Shown: piece by piece, positions 59,499 through 64,000 of the stretch | How the letters are laid out: every line of letters begins with the position of its first letter | How positions within the stretch are numbered: the first letter of the stretch is position 1 | IMG/VR virus record: IMGVR_UViG_3300025592_000986 | DNA length: 64,000 nucleotides | From: a virus | Strand: one strand, 5' to 3' | Notes under the pieces: model-generated | Seen by the model: the letters and a program-made list of their open reading frames with translations, nothing else | What the model was told of the DNA's origin: nothing | Databases searched by the model: none | Position numbers and translations under genes: made by a program

Positions 59499-59998
59499 TT
59501 TGAATGCTTGTCCGCGATTGTTTGAGACGCCCAGGCGTCGGGCTTAACCTTACATTGGAAGCCTGCTCCAGCAACATACCCCTTGAGCATATCTGCATAC
59601 TTAGAAGTTCCCTTTTTAGCTTGAAACGGCGAGACATCAAGATGTAGTTCCATACGGTCTGGGTTGATGGAATAATTTTCCCTTAAAAGCTCAGCCAACT
59701 CCACTGTCCTTCTCACTTCCTCTGTTATTCTTGTGGGTAGAGTCCGAAAATGGTTTTTTGGAATGTAATCTCTGGCAAAGAAATATTTGCTGGATATCCC
59801 CCTACCATAAACACAAATGACAGTGGCGAATGTTATTTTATGTGAAGTTGCAAATGAATCTGTACCTATAAACAATTTAGCTCCCTTGTTCACGAACTTA
59901 CTGCAGACACCAACAATTGATTCTAGATCAACATCATCGCCAGAGGCGCTCTTCCATTCCATCCTGGAAAATTCATTTATTTCAGGTATCTCAACCAT
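59495..59998 (-). CDS. RNase H-like YkuK/DUF458 family protein
   Basis: FIGTDS, RITEEV, ELHLDV, KPDAWAS...ADK. Confidence 0.85.
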   Translation of the reverse strand: MVEIPEINEFSRMEWKSASGDDVDLESIVGVCSKFVNKGAKLFIGTDSFATSHKITFATVICVYGRGISSKYFFARDYIPKNHFRTLPTRITEEVRRTVELAELLRENYSINPDRMELHLDVSPFQAKKGTSKYADMLKGYVAGAGFQCKVKPDAWASQTIADKHSK

Positions 59999-60327
59999 TC
60001 GAACCGCTTTCTGTTTTTGAGGTAGCCTATTACGTGTTCGTTCCTATAGGCCTCCATCTCAAATGGTGAAGCCCTGTATGCATCTTTGCCGTTTTTTAAC
60101 TTTACCATATAATAGAGCCAAAATGCAAGGTATAAAATCCAATGTCCGATAAATAATAATTCTTTTTGCTGCAACCAATGAATACATTCATGCTGTTTCG
60201 TTGATTCCGAAATCTTTCCCCGACTCCAAACAAACGGACCAAAGGATATGGCCCATATTGTGATCGGTGCAATGTAACTTAAGAGTGCCGGCACTCTACT
60301 ATCTTCTATAAAAATTGGTAATTTCAT
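59977..60327 (-). CDS. Small HExxH metallopeptidase-like protein
   Basis: QHECIHWLQQ...PFEMEAY. Confidence 0.7.
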   Translation of the reverse strand: MKLPIFIEDSRVPALLSYIAPITIWAISFGPFVWSRGKISESTKQHECIHWLQQKELLFIGHWILYLAFWLYYMVKLKNGKDAYRASPFEMEAYRNEHVIGYLKNRKRFEWLRYLK

Positions 60328-60366
60328 AAGACCCCTTTTCTATTATGTGAAATGTAATTGCCAGGC

Positions 60367-60783
60367 TCACCCAACACTGCGACCAATAAAAGTCCAACCT
60401 GGGTCTCTGCCGCGTACTTCCTCTTCGGGTTCCTTTTCCGGCACGGGCTCAACCTCTACCTCTGGCTCTTCTACCTCTGGCTCTGGTTCTTTTTTCGCTT
60501 CAGGTTCCGGCGTCGGGCACGATATTCTTGCCCATTTGCAAGCCTCTGGCATATCATCATACAACAAGGGTCTGCCGTTAGGGTCTATAGAAAGCCAGAC
60601 CTGCATTTGTGCAGCAATAGGAAAAGTCTGGTGGAATTTTTTATCAAGAGCAACCACCTCACCTTTGGAAAGTGGTCTGCCTAATATTTTTACAACTTTC
60701 TTGAGTTTTGATTTGCTAGGCGCACCACCTGGTAACTTTTTCTCGTTAATAAATCCACGCCAGTTTTCCATTATGAGTTTCAT
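60367..60783 (-). CDS. Leader-tagged protein with Glu/Pro repeat tail
   Basis: MKLIMENWRGFINE; EPEPEVEEPEVEVEP. Confidence 0.75.
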   Translation of the reverse strand: MKLIMENWRGFINEKKLPGGAPSKSKLKKVVKILGRPLSKGEVVALDKKFHQTFPIAAQMQVWLSIDPNGRPLLYDDMPEACKWARISCPTPEPEAKKEPEPEVEEPEVEVEPVPEKEPEEEVRGRDPGWTFIGRSVG

Positions 60784-60819
60784 TTACTATCCTCCAAGTC
60801 AATGCAAGTAACTAGTCGC

Positions 60820-61497
60820 CTAGTCTTTGATATTCGGGTACAAATATTTTTTAGCTATCTTCTTAGCTTCTTTGTTGTCACTGGGGAAGTGTGCACCTCT
60901 GATAATTCTAGACTTTTCTATCTTCTCAGCAATATCAAAAAAAGATTGTTGGTGATCTGAGTGTTTGTCTGATAAATAGTATGCCATAGTCCAAGCCTGA
61001 GCAGTGTGCCCACTCGGAAAAGATGGTGAATCATCAGAATCTGTCTTTATCGACTTGACGTCATACCCAACTAAGTGTCCAAGTTGTTCGGGACGGGGCC
61101 TGTCATATCTTACTTTCAATTTTAAAGTAATTAAAGAAACGTCGCTATAAATCTCTTTTAAGAGATCTTTGTCATAATCCAAGCCTTCGCTATCAAGGTA
61201 CTTGAAAAACATCCGCAGAGGCTTCTTGTCGGCCTCTCGAAGCTCATCCCTGTCCATTTCTGTGTTAGTTGTCATTGCGTTTAGAACTTTTTTAAGTTCT
61301 TGCCTGGTTGTTTCGCTATCGTTATCGGGAAATTTAGATATCGGAAGATCAGACAACCTTATATCTATGACTTTTGGTGACTGAGATAGTTGCTTTTTAA
61401 ACGATCGGTCTTTTATCTCGCCAAACTTAAGATTCTTGATATCCTTTTTTTTATTCTCGGATAAGAAGTTATTCCAATTTTCCATTATGAGTTTCAT
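60820..61497 (-). CDS. Leader-tagged PAP2 phosphatase / vanadium haloperoxidase-family protein
   Basis: MKLIMENWNNFLSE; KxxYxRPRP, PSGH, SRxxxGAHFPSD. Confidence 0.85.
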   Translation of the reverse strand: MKLIMENWNNFLSENKKKDIKNLKFGEIKDRSFKKQLSQSPKVIDIRLSDLPISKFPDNDSETTRQELKKVLNAMTTNTEMDRDELREADKKPLRMFFKYLDSEGLDYDKDLLKEIYSDVSLITLKLKVRYDRPRPEQLGHLVGYDVKSIKTDSDDSPSFPSGHTAQAWTMAYYLSDKHSDHQQSFFDIAEKIEKSRIIRGAHFPSDNKEAKKIAKKYLYPNIKD

Positions 61498-61946
61498 ACT
61501 TCACTCTTGGCAAACAAATATCCATCATCACCATCGTGTGATTCTACCACAAGAATGCCATCCTGTTTAGTGAAGGTTGGGTGTTTTGTTGTCCATAACA
61601 CTTCAAACTCTTCTTCAAAGGCATTCTCGCCTTGTTGTTCTATATATCTGTCTACGTCTGGTGGGCGCATTTCGTTTTCATAACCAGCAGCATAGAAAGG
61701 ATTTGTAGTTACCCACGTCGCTGGTGATTCAGGAGTTAACCCGTACTTCTCTAGCCATCCTGCAAATTCTTCTTCGGTTGTGTTTCCTCTGTCAAACTCT
61801 TCTTCCATCAGTTGAGCAATGGGAAGCGTCTTTCCTCCGAACGAGGACCATAAGGGAATGTTGCCTTCCAAGCTGGCAGTGCGATTGTGATCATGATCCT
61901 TGTAGCTCTCTGTGAACTTCCTGAAGTTTTCCATTATGAGTTTCAT
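61494..61946 (-). CDS. Leader-tagged hypothetical protein
   Basis: MKLIMENFRKFTE; ACTATTTATTGT directly before the ATG. Confidence 0.75.
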   Translation of the reverse strand: MKLIMENFRKFTESYKDHDHNRTASLEGNIPLWSSFGGKTLPIAQLMEEEFDRGNTTEEEFAGWLEKYGLTPESPATWVTTNPFYAAGYENEMRPPDVDRYIEQQGENAFEEEFEVLWTTKHPTFTKQDGILVVESHDGDDGYLFAKSEV

Positions 61947-61948
61947 AC

Positions 61949-61958
61949 AATAAATAGT
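61949..61958 (-). promoter_or_regulatory. Putative phage late promoter, ACTATTTATT
   Basis: Immediately before the ATG at 61946; the same 10-mer occurs at 57426-57435 and 2656-2665. Confidence 0.6.
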
Positions 61959-62819
61959 TTACTTTTCATATATGGACATATATCTTTCACCGCGATCACA
62001 CAACATAGTAACAACAATGCCACGAGGATCTTTGGCAGCAACGTACCTTTCGGCAGCCAATATATTGGCACCAGATGATATACCAACAAGCAAACCTGTC
62101 TCTTTTATAAAATCTTTCGCTCTGCTTATTGACTCTTCCGTTCCAACGTTGATAATACTGTCCATATCTTCTGAGGAAGCTAGGAAGTCTTTGCCATCTG
62201 CGATTCCCTGGATCCCATGGGGCGATTCAAGCGGTTTGACCATACACACGTCGACACTAAGTTGGTTCTTGGACACGTACTTCCTGACACCTTCTATAGT
62301 ACCGCCAGTTCCTGCACCGTGAATGAAAGCAGACCAACTACGATTTGTGGCTATAACTTGTTTATGAATTTCTGGCGCTGTCTCTCTTTCGTGGCACTCC
62401 ACGTTAAGAGGGTTGTCGAATTGTTTTGGAGACCAGGCCTTTGAGTTTGCCATAAGGTAAGCATTGCGCATACCAATCGCGGCCAAAAAATCATCATTTG
62501 GTGCATCGATAATCTCGGCACCATATATTCTCATCATCTGCCTTCTTTCTTCGGACATATTTTTAGGCATAAATATAACACACCTCATCCCCAGAGAAGC
62601 GGCAACCATAGCGAGAGCGATGCCAGTATTCCCGCTGGTTGCATCACACAGTATCGCATCTTTCTTAATATTACCCCAAAGCTGAGCCTTTCTAATAATA
62701 TAAGATATCATTCTGTCTTTAACCGAACCAGAAGGGTTGACAGTCTCTAATTTTGCATATATTCTGTCAGAAACCCTAACGAGGGGGGTGTCTCCAACTA
62801 ATGTTCTTAAATTTTGCAT
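61959..62819 (-). CDS. cysK: Cysteine synthase (PLP-dependent, CysK/CysM family)
   Basis: AKLETVNPSGSVKDR, ATSGNTG, GAGTGGT, GISSGAN, DRGERY; start taken at MQNL. Confidence 0.92.
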   Translation of the reverse strand: MQNLRTLVGDTPLVRVSDRIYAKLETVNPSGSVKDRMISYIIRKAQLWGNIKKDAILCDATSGNTGIALAMVAASLGMRCVIFMPKNMSEERRQMMRIYGAEIIDAPNDDFLAAIGMRNAYLMANSKAWSPKQFDNPLNVECHERETAPEIHKQVIATNRSWSAFIHGAGTGGTIEGVRKYVSKNQLSVDVCMVKPLESPHGIQGIADGKDFLASSEDMDSIINVGTEESISRAKDFIKETGLLVGISSGANILAAERYVAAKDPRGIVVTMLCDRGERYMSIYEK

Positions 62820-62918
62820 ACTTCTACTGATCACCCCTACACTGCCAACCACAAATTAGCAACTGTAAAAAGACTATGGAAGCCACCAAAATTGATAAAA
62901 TGTTGCATACCATACATC

Positions 62919-63770
62919 CTACTCCTTTTTCAAGATTTTTTCTATCTTTTCTATGTAATTTCTCATATAATGGTCATCAATCGATTCGTTAAACAGATTA
63001 GACCAGGTTCCAGTAACCAGCATTCGGTTTGCGTTGTGTTTACTGAGCCACAGCCAACGCCCACCGGGTTTTAATATAACTTCAACACCAACGTGGCGAT
63101 AAGTGCCGTGTATTGCTGAGATTATTGTTAACGGGGGAACGAGAGGGACGATATCCTTATTATCTACGATTCGTATTATTGGTAAGTCCCAATATTTCTT
63201 TACACCCTTCTCGTTTGTTACTTTGGGTTGCCCAAAGGTGACACATTCTTCGAGAGTGCCTTCAACTGAGTACATCATAGACAAGACGGCGGCGGCAGCA
63301 CCGCCCAATGAGTGCCCGGTAACGCGAATTTTGTATCCTGGTACCAGTTTTGGCTTAAGATCGTTGTATACGGCCGTTGCGAGCTTGTGAAATCCCTTGT
63401 GAACCCATATTCCCAGGGTTGGATCCTTCTCTTTTAGGTATTCTGCATCAAGTTTTACGTTTGTTTTATTTGCGGTGCCTTCAATTGCGACCCAATGGAG
63501 TTTATTTTTGTGATCGGTGATCAAAATGACGCGAGATTCGACACCATCGAGTATTTTTGTGTATAACTCCTCGCCAAAACCGGAAATTTTTTCAGATTTT
63601 ACATCTTTTTCGCTTTTATAAGCCAGATCGCTAAGTTTTGCGTACTTTTTGACACGAGGCCAGTCAATTTTGCCTTCAGCGTCCTTGATTCCCCAGCAGG
63701 ATTGGAGCAAAGGGCCGCAGCCCCAAACAAAGGCAGCAACAAGACCGAGTGATAAAATGAACTTAAGCAT
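62919..63770 (-). CDS. Class 3 lipase with N-terminal signal/lipobox
   Basis: VHKGF, TGHSLGG, TFGQPKV, DIVP; VWGC lipobox-like. Confidence 0.9.
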   Translation of the reverse strand: MLKFILSLGLVAAFVWGCGPLLQSCWGIKDAEGKIDWPRVKKYAKLSDLAYKSEKDVKSEKISGFGEELYTKILDGVESRVILITDHKNKLHWVAIEGTANKTNVKLDAEYLKEKDPTLGIWVHKGFHKLATAVYNDLKPKLVPGYKIRVTGHSLGGAAAAVLSMMYSVEGTLEECVTFGQPKVTNEKGVKKYWDLPIIRIVDNKDIVPLVPPLTIISAIHGTYRHVGVEVILKPGGRWLWLSKHNANRMLVTGTWSNLFNESIDDHYMRNYIEKIEKILKKE

Positions 63771-63856
63771 AAGAAAACCTCCAAAACGTGATGTTATAGA
63801 TAGTTTTCAAGAAGGAAGATGGTCGCGTTTTCGCGATTTTTCGCGAGAAAAATTTT

Positions 63857-64000
63857 TTATATATCGACTTTTTCGGTAGGGTTTTGCTCCATCCATTCAC
63901 GAATAAGCAGTGCTATCTTCTCATCTAACTCTTCTTTGTGGTCATCGGGGGTAGCATCCCACATTTCATCCGAATTGCGGAGCGCCTCCCAAGGTAATAA
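63857..64000 (-). CDS. C-terminal end of a hypothetical protein entering from beyond the window
   Basis: Open frame ...WEALRNSDEMWD...NPTEKVDI ending at TAA 63859-63857. Confidence 0.5.
   Translation of the reverse strand, partial: LLPWEALRNSDEMWDATPDDHKEELDEKIALLIREWMEQNPTEKVDI

Noticed and set aside
60400-60515. Tandem DNA repeat
   Set aside because: Explained by the Glu/Pro low-complexity coding tail of ORF 60367-60783.
61494-61946. ADP-ribosyltransferase fold suggested by ATWVTTNPFYAAGY
   Set aside because: A single weak motif with no identifiable partner catalytic residues; left as hypothetical.
584-63879. Numerous short plus-strand ORFs and nested minus-strand ORFs in the track
   Set aside because: They are antisense or out-of-frame shadows of well-supported genes, with no motifs; only 41082-41834 and 57490-58043 are accepted on plus.
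1-64000. Alternative genetic code (stop-codon reassignment)
   Set aside because: Recognisable genes are uninterrupted and tightly packed under code 11, and all three stops are used at gene junctions.

Overview
This window reads as a 64 kb segment of a large tailed dsDNA phage with a contractile tail, probably aquatic and probably infecting a Gram-negative host. It is densely coded, almost entirely on the minus strand, in the standard genetic code. Layout: (i) 1-13.8 kb, baseplate module (gp6-like wedge, gp25-like, a 2122-aa protein, spike-like protein, M15-peptidase hub) followed by a phage sigma-like factor; (ii) 14.5-37.3 kb, a glycan synthesis and tailoring island of about 28 genes (PAPS/sulfotransferase, NeuA/NeuB, nucleotide-heptose, formyl-, carbamoyl- and methyltransferases, many glycosyltransferases); (iii) 37-45 kb, nuclease, PIN-PhoH, proteases, an OMP-like gene and a TilS + tRNA-Ile2(CAU) pair; (iv) 45.5-64 kb, an accessory region with purA, tdk, cysK and a lipase. 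The most striking signal is about 10 otherwise unrelated proteins that share an N-terminal leader MKLI(M/I)ENW-x-x-F-(L/I)-x-E. It resembles a capsid-targeting, protease-cleaved sequence. All nine members with Ile at position 4 encode it with AUA, the codon read by the phage's own TilS-modified tRNA. Several of these genes sit directly behind a recurrent ACTATTTAT-type putative late promoter. All functional calls come from motif recognition by eye; no database searches were run.
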